From the human T2T-CHM13v2.0 reference genome, Homo sapiens, in NCBI RefSeq assembly GCF_009914755.1, contig NC_060926.1: 64,000 nt of DNA; one strand, 5' to 3'. The notes under the pieces were generated by a model, which did no database searches, had not been told where the DNA came from, and saw only the letters and a program-made list of their open reading frames with translations. Position numbers and translations under genes: made by a program. This document shows, in pieces, positions 28,376 to 40,645 of this stretch (the first letter of the stretch is position 1; each line of letters starts with the position of its first letter).

Positions 28376-28530
28376 ACCTGGTGCAGTGGTGTGTGTGTGT
28401 GTGCCCGTAGTCCCAGCTACTCAAGAGGCTAAGGCAGTAGGATTGCTTGAGCCGGGGGGTTGGCAGTGGGGGAGGTTAGAATCAAGCCTGGGCAACATAG
28501 TGAGATCCTGTCTCTAACAATAATAACAAA
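28376..28530 (+). mobile_element. Free Alu monomer (FLAM_A-like)
   Basis: GTAGTCCCAGCTACTCAAGAGGCT...GCCTGGGCAACATAGTGAGATCCTGTCTCT, with an internal (GT)n and a G-rich insert. Confidence 0.85.
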
Positions 28531-28549
28531 AGCAACTGATCAACTGTTT

Positions 28550-28830
28550 GAAATTTCTGCACATTATATAGAAATTTTCTTCCTGAAAGCTTTGACTTGT
28601 TAGTCCTAGTTATGCCCTTTAGAGTTATACAAAATAACCAATCATTCTTTCCAAGTTACCTCCATCTAGGGTTGGATTTCCTTACCTTTTCATAATAAAA
28701 CTTACAGTTTCTGAACCCTCTCCTTATGAATTATTGTCCAGTTGGCAAATGTCTTACTATTCAGTGGAATCATTTGTTTCTGAAATTGAAATATCTAGCC
28801 ATGACATTACATGTAATATCACTAGGAGTC
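28550..28830 (-). mobile_element. L3/CR1 fragment
   Basis: GTCCTAGTTATGCCCTTTAGAGTTATACAAAATAA resembles the reverse strand of L3. Confidence 0.45.
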
Positions 28831-29232
28831 AAAGCCAAAGTATGCTCAGAGACACAGGTGGATGATATTTTCAGGCATCAGCCATGAAAAGCTGGCTGAT
28901 TGATATTTCTCTGTGTAAAAGCTTCTTCCACTTTTTGAACTTGCATATATCACTATGGCCTTCTTGACCTTCACTGTTTGGCATTTGTTTCTCCTGAAAT
29001 ACAAATGATAATAATTAAGTAAGCACTTTAAATTGTATACTCTAGTAGATCTTCAAAGACTGTATTTCCCATCTGAGTCTAGTCTTCTGCTTTTATGCTC
29101 ATGTATTCCTGGAGTTTGAGAATTAATACTAGCACAATTTGGCAAGTAGGAAAGAAAGGATGTTGTTGAAAATAAAGCTTTCACCTGGCAGTTAATACTA
29201 TGGCACAAGCACACATTGAATAAAAATTATTG

Positions 29233-29527
<295 letters not shown>

Positions 29528-30346
29528 TCATAAACCAAGATTAATGGTTCATGTAACTAAAATCAATCCCCAAACAAAATCTTTTCCCCTAAACACCACC
29601 AGCACACATTAACAGACCACTTCCCTCACCCTATTATCTTTCACTGTTAGCATATTCCAAGTTTCTAGCCAGAAGTCGGAAACACTAAAACCCTTCCAGG
29701 AAGCCTGCACTAGTGAGATTTGCCCAGGCTTGACAGCACCAAGAAGTGACTAGAATAATCACATCATCCTTGTTTATCACCAGGTGGTTTATTCCTGGCC
29801 AAAGCCTAACACAGGTGCTCTTTTTAGCCAAAGTGAATGCTGAGTTCACATAGGCAACACTAGCCTCACAGAGAGAATAGCCAAGTCAAAGCCCCACAAA
29901 GGGAATGCTGTAGAGGTGGGTGCTTTACACTTAACCTAAGCACAAGTGCCTCATAGGAGCTGTCTGTTAAATGTATATCCGGAACAGAAAGAGCATCAAG
30001 GCATGGGCCGTGAAGGGAGAAGCTTGACAAAGGACAGATATTGAGAACTAATAGTATTTGTCCATCTCTTATGCTGTGTGTGAAATTTGAAATTTCCAAT
30101 TAAAATTCTGAGGAATTAGAATAAATGAATGCAGCAAAATCCTTAGCATTTGCTGCTTTACTAATTTGATTTTTTTCTGCTATCCTTTGACAAAGACCAC
30201 CTTCTTGACTTTATGGTTCCACTTGCTCACAATACATATTTTAATTAAAAAATGATTTGATTTGAACATCTGGAGTGGCCTAGTGAAAATAAATAGGTAA
30301 AATTTGGTAAAATTAGCTAAGTTTTACCTAATGCAAGAAATGTTAG

Positions 30347-31511
30347 CACTCAACAAAGAAAAGTCCAGGACCAGATGGCTTCACTGTTTTTATTTTTTGT
30401 ATTTTTATTATTTGTATTCTATCATACTTTTAAGGAAGAACTTACACCAGTTCTTCTCAAACTGTTTCAAAAAATTGAAGAGGAGGGAATTCTTGAAAAC
30501 TTATTCTATAAGGCCAACATTATTACCCTGATACCAAAACCAGACAGGGACACAATAAGAAAAAAAAAAAAAAACTATAGCCTATATTCCTGATGAACAC
30601 AGATGCAAAAATTCTAACAAAATCTAGCAAACTGAATCCATGAATACACCAAAAAGATTAGACAACACAATCAAGGGGAATTTATCCCAGGGATGCAAGG
30701 ATGGTTCAACACATACAAATCAGCAAAACATGGTACATCACATCAACAGAATGAAGGATACAACCATGTGATCATCTCAAGAGATGCAGAAAAAGCATTT
30801 GATAAAATTCAACATCCTTTCATGATAAAAACTCACAACAAATCAGGTGTAGAAAGACTAATAAATACTTATTTGTGGGGGCAGAAAAAGTTGAGCTCAT
30901 TAGCTTGGGCAACATGGTGAAACCCTGTCTCTAGAAAAAATGCAAAAAAGTCACCTGGCATGATGGTGTGCACCTGTGGTCCCAGTTACTCAATAGGCTG
31001 AAGTGGGAGGATTACTTGAGCCTGCGAGATAGAGGTTGCAGTGAGCCAAGAACGCACCATTGCACTCCAGCCGGGATGACAGAGGGAGATTCCATCTCAA
31101 AAAACAAAACAAAACAAAAAACAAAAAAACAAGTTGAGCTCCTGGAAGTAGACAGTTAAATTGTGGTTACTAGAAGCAAAGAAAAGTAGAAAGGAGGGGG
31201 GTGTAAAAAGAGGTTGGTTAATGAATAGATAAATCTACAGCTAAATAGGAGGAATAAATTCTAGTGTTTTATAGTATTAATACTATAGGGTGACAATAGT
31301 TAACAATAACTTATTCTATATTTTCAAATAGCTAGAGGAGAGGAATTGTGAATGTTTCCAATACAAAGAAATGTTAAATGTTTGAGCTGGTGGATATGCT
31401 AATTGCCCTGATTTGATCATTACACATTGTATACTAGTGTTGAAATATCACTCTGTACCCCATAAATAAGGGCAATCATTATATGTCAATTAAAAACAAA
31501 ATTTTTTAAAA
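30347..31511 (+). mobile_element. L1MA (L1MA5-like): ORF2 RT fragment joined directly to the 3' UTR
   Basis: ORF2 peptides [26 protein letters not shown] and DAEKAFDKIQHPFM; L1MA 3' UTR from ~30855; TSD AAGAAATGTTAG (30335-30346 / 31512-31523). Confidence 0.9.
30901..31130 (+). mobile_element. 5'-truncated AluJ nested in L1MA
   Basis: TSD AAGTTGAGCTC on both sides; (CAAAA)n tail. Confidence 0.9.
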
Positions 31512-32324
31512 AAGAAATGTTAGAAGAGGATATAAACAGATATTTCACATTCGTTTGAAGCAATATTCTAGCCATTGCACTAATAAAAATATTCCAGTGT
31601 ATTTCTAATTGTTACTTAGTACAAGCCATCATTAAATCAAAAAGGAGGTAGGGATGAGATAAATAAAATTAATGAATCCAAAATTAGGTCTGTTGATAAT
31701 ATGCTTTCTCAGTCCAATTCAAGATAAATCAGGAGTCCAATTTTTATCCCTTCTCTTAATTAGGGAATCGGGGTACAGGTATGACAGAATGACATGTATA
31801 ATTTTTTTTTCTTTTTTTTTCTTTTTCCCCATTCTTTCCCGGTTTTCTTCATCCTCTTCTATAAAGGGGGCTGTTTTTGAAGGACTTAAGAAAGAGAAGC
31901 TTTGAACATATGTTGGTGTATCAAAGTTAGACTCTGAGAGAAGATCAACATTGGCAGGAAAAAACTCTGTCTTGTAGATCTTATACTCTGAAACTGAAAG
32001 ACACAAGCCCTCCTTAAGTGACACAGAGAACCTAAACAAACCTGATAGAGTCCCTCCAGGCGAAGTCAGCAACCTGGAAGGAGAGCAGAGGGTTAGAAAT
32101 AGGCTAATGCAGTTGTAGAGAGGAAAACTGGAAGAGAGACCAGAAAGAGAAGGTAATTTCCACATCCTTCTTCTAAGATGAGGTTAGATGGACTAATGGG
32201 ACAAGGAGAAAAACATTTACTGACAATCTCTAGGCATATTATGAGGTATAATTGTCCAAGGCTAAAATTTTTTATCAACCATACCCATATACTGCCCACC
32301 CCAGTTATTATAGACATAAATAAG

Positions 32325-32950
32325 GAGTTCATTCTTTGATTCAACAAATATTTATTGGGCATCTACTGTGTATGTGCCAGACACTGTCCAAAGTGCTGTG
32401 ATACAACTGTAAACAAGATAGGAAAAAAATATCTGCCCTCCACATATACACTATGGAATACTATGCAGCCATAAAAAAGGATGAGTTCATGTCCTTTGCG
32501 AGGATATAGATGAAGCTGGAAACCATCATTCTCAGCAAAATATCACAAGGACAGAAAACCAAACACCGCATGTTCTCACTCATAAGTGGGAGTTGAACAA
32601 TGAGAACACATGGACACAGGGAGGGGAACATCACACATGGGGGCCTGTTGAGGGGTGGGGGGCTGGGGGAGGGAGAGCGTTAGGAGAAATACCTAATGTA
32701 AATGACAAGTTGATGAGTGCAGCAAACCAGCATGGCACATGTATACCTACGTAACAAACCTGCACATTGTGCACATGTACCCTAGAACTTAAAGTATAAT
32801 AAAAAAAAATCTGCCTTTGTGGAGCTTATATTCTTGGAAGAAAAAGATAAACAAGCTAAATAAGAAAAATATAAAAATAGTATACGAGATGGTAATAAAG
32901 GTGATAAGGAGGAAAAGAAAGCCATTTTGTATAGAGAAGCTAGAAAAATT
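32325..32950 (-). mobile_element. L2 3' end split by L1PA
   Basis: TTCAACAAATATTTATTGGGCATCTACTG...TCTGCCTTTGTGGAGCTTATATTCT. Confidence 0.8.
32441..32809 (+). mobile_element. L1PA (PA6-like) 5'-truncated 3' end
   Basis: Canonical ATGGAATACTATGCAGCCATAAAAAAGGATGAG...CCTAGAACTTAAAGTATAATAAAAAAAAA; TSD ~AAAAAAAWATCTGCC. Confidence 0.95.
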
Positions 32951-33299
32951 TCACATAGTAAGTAATGCAGTAGAACACTCATTCTTAGCAGGAGAAAGAA
33001 GATTAAATGAAGTTATGGAAGTATATTTGTCCTTAAAGAAATAAATGGGTAAATGAACAAACAAACAACAAAAGGAACACTACCCTGGACCACATTCCCC
33101 AAAGCTTCCCAACAGAAACTACAAAGGCAGTTTATTTTCTTTTGCACCAAAGACTCATGTTCAGCTGTGTTCCATGCCTCTGCCCAAGTTGATCGGAACA
33201 GTTCACCCTTTCCCCACTAACTCCCTACAAAATTATTCTAATCTCCTATCTCTAGGTTAAGTGTTCTTTCCTCCCTGAAGCCCTGCCCCAATAAAAATA

Positions 33300-33480
33300 A
33301 TGTCTCACATTCACCTAGCACTTCCCAATTTGCAAAGTGCCTCCCACATACTAGCCTCCATAACGATCCTGAGAGGTGGGCATGATCATCACTTTTGTAC
33401 AGTGGAGGAAACTACGACATGGGGAATGTAAGTGACTTCAAGATTGAACGACTAGAACTGAGACCAGGATGTTCTTAACC
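33300..33480 (-). mobile_element. MIR SINE
   Basis: CATAACGATCCTGAGAGGTGGG...GAGGAAACT...AAGTGACTT. Confidence 0.65.
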
Positions 33481-33519
33481 TAGCCTGTTCTGTAGACTTG
33501 AGGAAGGGTGGAGTCGTGG

Positions 33520-33700
33520 GGAGAGCACAGGTTCAAATCCTGGACATTTCACTCACCAGCCTGTGCAACTAGTTCAGGTTGCTTAACTTGTCTGCACCCT
33601 AGTTTCTTCATTTACAAAACAGGATAATGAGACACAAAAGGCAGGTTTGCCATAAAGATAGACTGTGAGGCCCATCCCAGTGCCTGGAACCTGGCGGACA
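33520..33700 (+). mobile_element. MIR SINE
   Basis: GGTTCAAATCCTGG...GCTTAACTTGTCTGCACCCTAGTTTCTTCATTTACAAAA. Confidence 0.75.
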
Positions 33701-34631
33701 CTAGACTCTCAGTCACCTCCTGCCCTCTCCCTTCTCCCACCCCCATGCCACAGCTTTCATTATAACTGCTCTCCTAGCTTACAGGGACCTTCTCTCCTCC
33801 ACACTTAGAGAGAAATTGTGATCTATGCCACACAACTTGGTACTTACTCAAAAGTTCATTAAGATTCTTTTTTATAAGGGACTAAAGCCCAGGTCAAATT
33901 GCTAAATACAAAAAGGACACTTATTAGTTCCAATAACTGAAAGCAGCGGAGACAGGCAGAACTTCATCTGCGTGAGCTTGATCTGGATACTCATTTGTCA
34001 TTGGGGCTCTGCCTCCATTTCCTTGTGGTTTTCCTCTGGCTCTGCCTTGGCCCATGCTCGGGCCTCATTCCCAGGCTGGCTCCCATCATGACAGCACGAT
34101 TTACCCCAGCATTCCCAGCCTTCCTATCTGTGTGCTGCACTGACAAGCAGAAGAGAAGGTCTGAGTCCCAGCTTTCCCAGAAAATATTCTGCAAATCCCA
34201 GTTTCAATCACAATCCGCCCTCCTGGCCCCTGCCTTGACCCCCCGCAGCAAATCACTGTGGCTGGGAAATGAACCGAGCTCTTAGTCTTAGCCTGGGTTG
34301 TGCCTTCACCCTGTAACCCAACCCAGCTCCAATCCAGACATGGAGTCACTGCCCAGAAACCACTTGGATACCCATGTGGACTGTGGAGTCCACAGATATT
34401 TCAAGAGATTTGATGGCAGCCTTACCAGTCCACAGGACCCAGATCTTCTGAGGGCTTCTGTAGCCTGAATCCTAGGCCTGGCCCCAATCAGGTTAGTTCC
34501 TTGAAGTTGTACGCTTCCACCCCATAGCTAAAATGGCCCCTTTTGTAGGAATCCAGAATACATAAAATTGCAAGGGATTGGATTCTGCCCCTAAATTGAT
34601 TTTATACCCTTGAAAGTTTTCTACTATAGCA

Positions 34632-34660
34632 TGTGTGAGTGTGTGTGTGTGTGTGTGTGT
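34632..34660. repeat. (TG)n microsatellite
   Basis: Read directly. Confidence 0.9.
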
Positions 34661-35149
34661 ATAAATTGTGATTAGATAAGGCTCTAAAGAACAGTTTTAT
34701 AGTCACTCCACCCATTTGGCTTTCCATAGAAATAAAATCCTTCATTATGGCAATGACCTTCAACGAAGGTTAAGTATGCAAACCTCAGTTTTAAAAAAAA
34801 CTGTTTTTAACTGCTTTTATCTTTGAGCCTTTGAAGTAGAAAGTAAAAAAAATCAAATATTTTATTTTTGACATCTTCAAGGAAGGTATATGTAAATAGG
34901 AAACATACATAAAATCCCTGAGCACAAACAGAAAACAAATGATTAAATATAATGACAATTGCAGAAATATAGATTGAAGGTAAAATAGATTAAGGATGCT
35001 GCCCTTTGATGCCACTTTCTGTCAATAAGGCATAAGATAAATTTGTGAGCCTCATATTTCTCTGATCCACAGGTTAAATTTGCCATCCTGTAATTCCTTG
35101 TCACCATTTCAAATATCAAGCTAAACATCATGTATTTCTCTGGGGTATT

Positions 35150-35400
35150 CACAACCTTCAGAGAGTAGTTGATAGTGATCACATTTCTTCTGAAGTCTTT
35201 GTTGATCCAAGAATACATATTTTGTTGTGTAAGTCTTCATAAATCAGTCTTTCCGCCCGTTTATCATCCCTGTTACTTTTCTCTGAACACTCTCCAGTAT
35301 GTCTCCAACTTGCTAATAATGAGGTTCCCAGACCACAATGCATCATTCCCAGCTCAGTCTCTCTCCTTGTGCAGAGATGGACTTTGCCTTTTGGCTTCCT
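35150..35400 (-). mobile_element. L3/CR1 fragment
   Basis: ATCATCCCTGTTACTTTTCTCTGAACACTCTCCAGT resembles the reverse strand of CR1. Confidence 0.45.
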
Positions 35401-36134
35401 GACTCACTGTTTCCACTGACTAAGTTCATATGCTGCCAGATCATATATGAACCCGTGATTCATTTGCTACCCATTACAATGCCTGGGAGAACCCAAGCAC
35501 TTCCCTAAATAGGTCAATGCCTGATGTACTAGGTGCCCAGAAAAGTTCTTTAAATAAATGAATAAATAAAAGCATGAACTTCCCTGTTGTGTCTTTAGTA
35601 TACCAAAACATTTATTACAAAAAGAACAAATGAAAAGGAATATGCAACCTGTGTTGACAGTGGGGACAAGGGAACAGAGGTAACACATGAGAATCATGCA
35701 TGGATGCTTTGGCCTGTACCTTTCAAACGTTTCTACCAATTTGATTTGATTTAGACATACTTTCATTTTCATTTAGCACAAGACAAAAGGAAGTTCAGAA
35801 AACTAAGGTATTTCACCACAGCAACTGAACAGTTGAATTACAACTGAGAACGTATCTGGAGTCTAAAATTCTAGTGCCCAATGTAGACTGCAGAGTAGAA
35901 CAATCTGAAAATACCATTAGTAAAGTCCTTGTAGTTCCTGGGAATCAGTTCCTACATCTTCAGCTAAAATACTTGAGGCATGGGTTCTAACTGTGATTTT
36001 TTGCCTCAAGGGCTTTCCCTTTCTACTCATAATAACAGGATGCAAGAGGGTGGAAAAGGGAGAGGAGCAGAGCTAATCTGGTTTCTTGCTCTCTTGACCC
36101 CAATTACACTAGTGGTAGTGACAGTGACAGTAAT

Positions 36135-36330
36135 AGTAGTAGTAGCTGCTCTTATTATTGAGTACCTGCTGTATGTCATGGACTCTGCTTAACCCTTCAC
36201 ATAATGTTATTTCATTAATAGCCAATTAAAATATGCACATTACCTCAATTTTACTTTAAGGAAACGGAGTCCCAGAAAGATTAAATGTCTAAGGATCACG
36301 CAGCAGAGTTAAGGTGCTATTTCAGCTCTG
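36135..36330 (-). mobile_element. MIR SINE
   Basis: TTATTGAGTACCTGCTGTATGTCA...AAGGAAACGGAGTCCCAGAAAGATTAA. Confidence 0.75.
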
Positions 36331-37282
36331 GGAGACTGCACCCCACTCTTCTGCCCTAGCACAGACTCTTTCCTTGGTTTCAATACTATACCAAGCCTGA
36401 CATGTCATGCCTGACAGCCACTCCCATTTTCTGGTTCCTCTGAACTTCTCCTTAAGGACCCTTAATCAAAACTAACTGAGAAGTAAGGGGGGGGGGTGGG
36501 GGGGGAACATTAGCTAAGAGGAACCTCTTAGCTAAACTTAGAAAAATTTGGAGTTTTCAAAAGGATCTTCTCTCCAGGAAATTAAGAAAAACAACAAACC
36601 ATTAAGCATGTCATGTGCTAATAGGACCAGCCTAGTATAAGGCCATGTAAAAAGGCATTGAAATCTGCTAGTGTGATCCCAGCCTGGCCACAGATGCCCA
36701 TGGCAGCCCAGTTTCCAGGCACTTGCCCTCATCTCCAATCTGTCTTTCTACCTTGATCAGTTTGTTCCATTGCATGTGTACACTGATGGCCCCTGGCCAG
36801 AACTGAGCATATCAGATCAATACAGCAGTACACAGTACTGTGATTAAACACTGCAATGAAATGCTTGGTAAAAAACAAAAAACAAAAAACAAAACAAAAA
36901 AAACTCCCCAAATGACTCCTCTTTAAGAAAATAATCAAAAATAATTAAAGCAAAAAGCAAGACCAAATACTCTTCTCTATTGGTTAATTCATTCCCCCTC
37001 TAATTATCTGTACATTCTGCTCTCTTTATGCTGCAACTCCAAACCAACAAATACTTGGGTTGAAAATTTTTAAAGAAGTAAATTCTTCATATAATTCCAC
37101 AGGTCATGCGAAAGACCCATAATTTCATGGACATAGTACTGGAAAGGAAGTGAGAAGATTTGGTAAATATGTGTCTCACCACTTTGTTAGCAGGGACTAT
37201 AAAATAATGATTTTTGAAAGCCCCCTTGGATATATAAAGCATTCTACAGTACTCATGAAATATTGGTTGAATTGGTTGAACC

Positions 37283-37440
37283 GACCTTAGGTAAACCTCT
37301 CCATATTTCCAAGCTTCAGTTTCTACATCTATAAAACAGAAACTAATAATAACTTTCTTGTCATACATGACTATTGTGGGGCTCCCAACAGGAAAATATA
37401 TATGAAAGCATTTTTTAAACAATAAAGCATCATACAAAAG
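37283..37440 (+). mobile_element. MIR SINE
   Basis: GACCTTAGGTAA...GCTTCAGTTTCTACATCTATAAAA. Confidence 0.7.
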
Positions 37441-38065
37441 TAAGTTATGAAGAAAGGGAGATGCGCTCTAATTGTGCAAATAACATGGGCATTGTGCCAG
37501 CAAGCAAGTTAAAAAGTTAATAGCACTTTTTGCTATTTATCCAGATGTTTGGACACATTCTAACTATAAATCCAAAGTGGTCACTGGCAAACATTCAGAC
37601 TGTTAAAGGACTGCTAGAAGGAACAACATGAGTGTTCTCTGTGTCTCCTGGGCCCCAAGGAGGGAAGGGAAGTTTCTGCATAGTCATTCCATCTCTAACA
37701 GAAACCACAACTCCTTGGAGCCCCAAAAGGAAACCAGTGCAGATGTCAAATATTTTGCTATGATGCTGAACTGAATGAACCTACACAAGGGTTAAATCTT
37801 TGTTTTTTCACAGGGAATAAGCCCTTTAGATCTTATACGTTAACCCCACTTCTACAGCAATCGAACCAAGGCAAAAATGTGCTTTTGCAAATATTTTTGA
37901 AAGATCTGACTAAGCCATTTTTAGATGTTTTTCAGTCTTCATGTGCCTTTCCCTCCCACAGAGCACAATTAAAAAGGCACCTTTAAAAGGCTATTAAAAA
38001 ACATTGATTGGCTTAACTGTGCTAATGTCATGGCTTTAAAATAAAATTCTATTAAGTCTTTAAAA

Positions 38066-38422
38066 TATTGCAGACAAGTACTTTGCAGCAGAAACTCAGG
38101 ACAACCATCCTGAGGCTTCTGTTATTCACAGATATTTAGTTACTTCAGGTTAGTTCATCTTTCTTATTATGTTTTGTCTTTCAATTTGTGTAGTCTTATG
38201 ACAGTTTTCAGGACATAATTGCCTTGATGCATACTAGAGCCTAGAGTACCTAGCAGCCACATTTCCCCAAGTCACTACGGTGAATTCATGAAGACAGACG
38301 CATTATGCTGGCTGGCACTGCGTTGCTATCAATACGTAAGGAGACAATGGTGTTCTTTCCTTACATTTAAATGCTAAACATTACAGAGTACCTCACCCTC
38401 CAAGAACTGTCCCAGGGATTAT
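38066..38422 (+). repeat. Source copy of ~355-bp local duplication
   Basis: Aligns end to end with 40742-41094; about 43 differences by my manual count (~88% identity). Confidence 0.95.
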
Positions 38423-40645
38423 TTTAGATCTTGGTGAAGTATGTGTGTCCTTTTTTGACTCTGAATCACTCTTGTCTCTAGAGAAACTCAGGGGCTCAAC
38501 ATACACATGTAAAATTCTTTTCTTCTCTTCTGTATTTCCATTCTTGCTGTTTTTATGCTAAACTACAGACTTCCCCTTCTATCCATAATGTGCAAGGCAA
38601 GTTCAAGAAAGGGAACCTCAGAAAAAGATCTCATTTAAGTTTATAGTTAGTTCAACATCACAGTTTTGGTTGACTCACACCAGGTGGTGACCAGGTGTCC
38701 TGATAACATTCCACCTAGCTAGGAAGCAGAGTGAGAACAGCACAAGGGCTAACACATATAAAGGTATTTGTAAACTGCCCTTTATTTTAGGAATGTTAGG
38801 TATTTGTTATTATTGCTGCTGCTGATGGTGGTGTGATGATGATAATGATATTGACTGACTTGGGTTTGTTGTTAAAGTCAGATTTGCTCAAGAATCAAGC
38901 AGACTCCATTAAGACTCCACAGAAACCATGAAGTACATGAAGCTATCCTGTGAGTTATGTGTCTTACGTGTAAGCTGCTAGGAGACAGCTTTATGAGTTA
39001 CTATGCAGATCCAGCTAAGAATATGATAATGAATGAGTTACGACGTTTAGCAATTTCTCCACAGCTCAAAGTCTGAGATTCACAGACTTGGGAAAGGAAC
39101 CTCCAGGCCATGACTTCCCCTGAAGAAAATGTCAAAGTTAAGAAAGGTCCTCATCAACTCCCCTCCAGGGTTACCTTCCCTTGAGTCTCCGTCCTCATTC
39201 ATTTTCTCCTCCATCCCAGGTGTGGACGTACCTTCCCACCCTCCTAAGCCCAAGTTGGTTCGTCAGAAATGATCAGTTTATGCAATATTTAGGAATATTG
39301 TTCAGTTTACTCTATCCACAGTTCTACACTCTACTGAGGTAACTTACTGTTAGTAATGAGGCCCACAGAAGGACTAATTAAATATTCCTTCCCTTTATAA
39401 AACAAAAGAAAACATTTGCTGGTATTATATAAATAATAGCTTTTTCCCCAATGTTTCCAAATGCTGAATGGACCAGCGTGGGAAGAAGAGAGCCTGGGAT
39501 AGGCCAAGGCAAGATGCAGTAGGCAGAGAATAAGACCTACTGCCAAGATGCCTCTTCCCAAGCCTCAACCATGGGGGTTTGGGGAGACTCCCAGCCTGGT
39601 CAAGTGAGTGTCGGAACTCTCTGGGACTGCCTGGGATTCCTCACATTCATCTTTCTGCACTCTGGGTCCCTCTGCCTTGGCTCTTTCTCCCTCTGGCCCC
39701 TCCCACTCATCTTTGCAGACCAAACCCAGGGTCATTCATCTCTAAGAATGTCACCTGCTGTGGCATCAACCTCACTTCCTAGGAATACCTAGAAACTTTG
39801 AGCTTGTCATCCTGATTCATATTTCTACTCATAGCCATACCTGGCTCACTAGTTTGTTAGCAGAGACTACCAAATAATTACTAATGAAAGCCCTCTGGGA
39901 TGAAGTGCTCATATCAGTTGAATTTGTTGAACCAATGTTGGGTAAACTTCTCCATGTTTCCAAGCTAAGACCCAGTGTATGCCAATAATTTGGCACCTTC
40001 AAACATATATTCTTTAAATATTGGGTTTATTATTTATTCAGTGACATCATCAAGAAAAACTGTCTATTAATAATATTATTATTTATGCTTAAAATAAGGA
40101 ATATGCTTAGGAAATATAGTATTTAGACATATTTGGAATTATTTTTTATTCTACCCTCTCATTATCATAGATAACTGGATAGTACTGGTGTATTAATTTT
40201 CTATTGCTGCCATGACAAATTACCAACATTTAGTGGCTTACACAATACATATGTATTATCTTACAGCTTTGTAGTTCAAACCTCCAACACAAATCTTATT
40301 GGGCTAAGATTAAGTTGTCAACAACTGTATTCCTTCCTGGAGGCTCAGGGGGAGAATCTGTTTTCTTGCCTTTTCCAACTTCTAGGGGCTACTAACATTC
40401 CTTGGCTCACAGCCCTGTTTTTCCATCTTCAATGCCAGCAATGGTGGACTGAGTCTTCACAAAGCCATCTCCCAGGTTCTCCGTAGCAAGGAATGGTTCT
40501 CCATTTTGGGGGACTCATGTGATTAGGCCCACTTGGATAATCCAGGATAATCTCACCCATCACAAGATCCTTAGCCTTTATGATATCAGCAAAGCCCCTT
40601 TTGCCACGTCAGGTAATATATTCATAGGTTCTGGATAGTAGGGGG

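Noticed and set aside
30375-30920. Reverse-transcriptase-like ORFs
   Set aside because: Broken L1 ORF2 remnant.
33300-33700. Head-to-head MIR pair as a possible miRNA-like hairpin
   Set aside because: The copies are too diverged to show a convincing stem.
34375-34395. Short hairpin TGTGGACT-GTGG-AGTCCACA
   Set aside because: 8-bp stems are expected by chance at this window size.
39571-39610. Kozak-like ACCATGG followed by a CAA|GTGAGT donor
   Set aside because: No promoter or CpG context, no downstream exons and an unrecognisable peptide; expected by chance.
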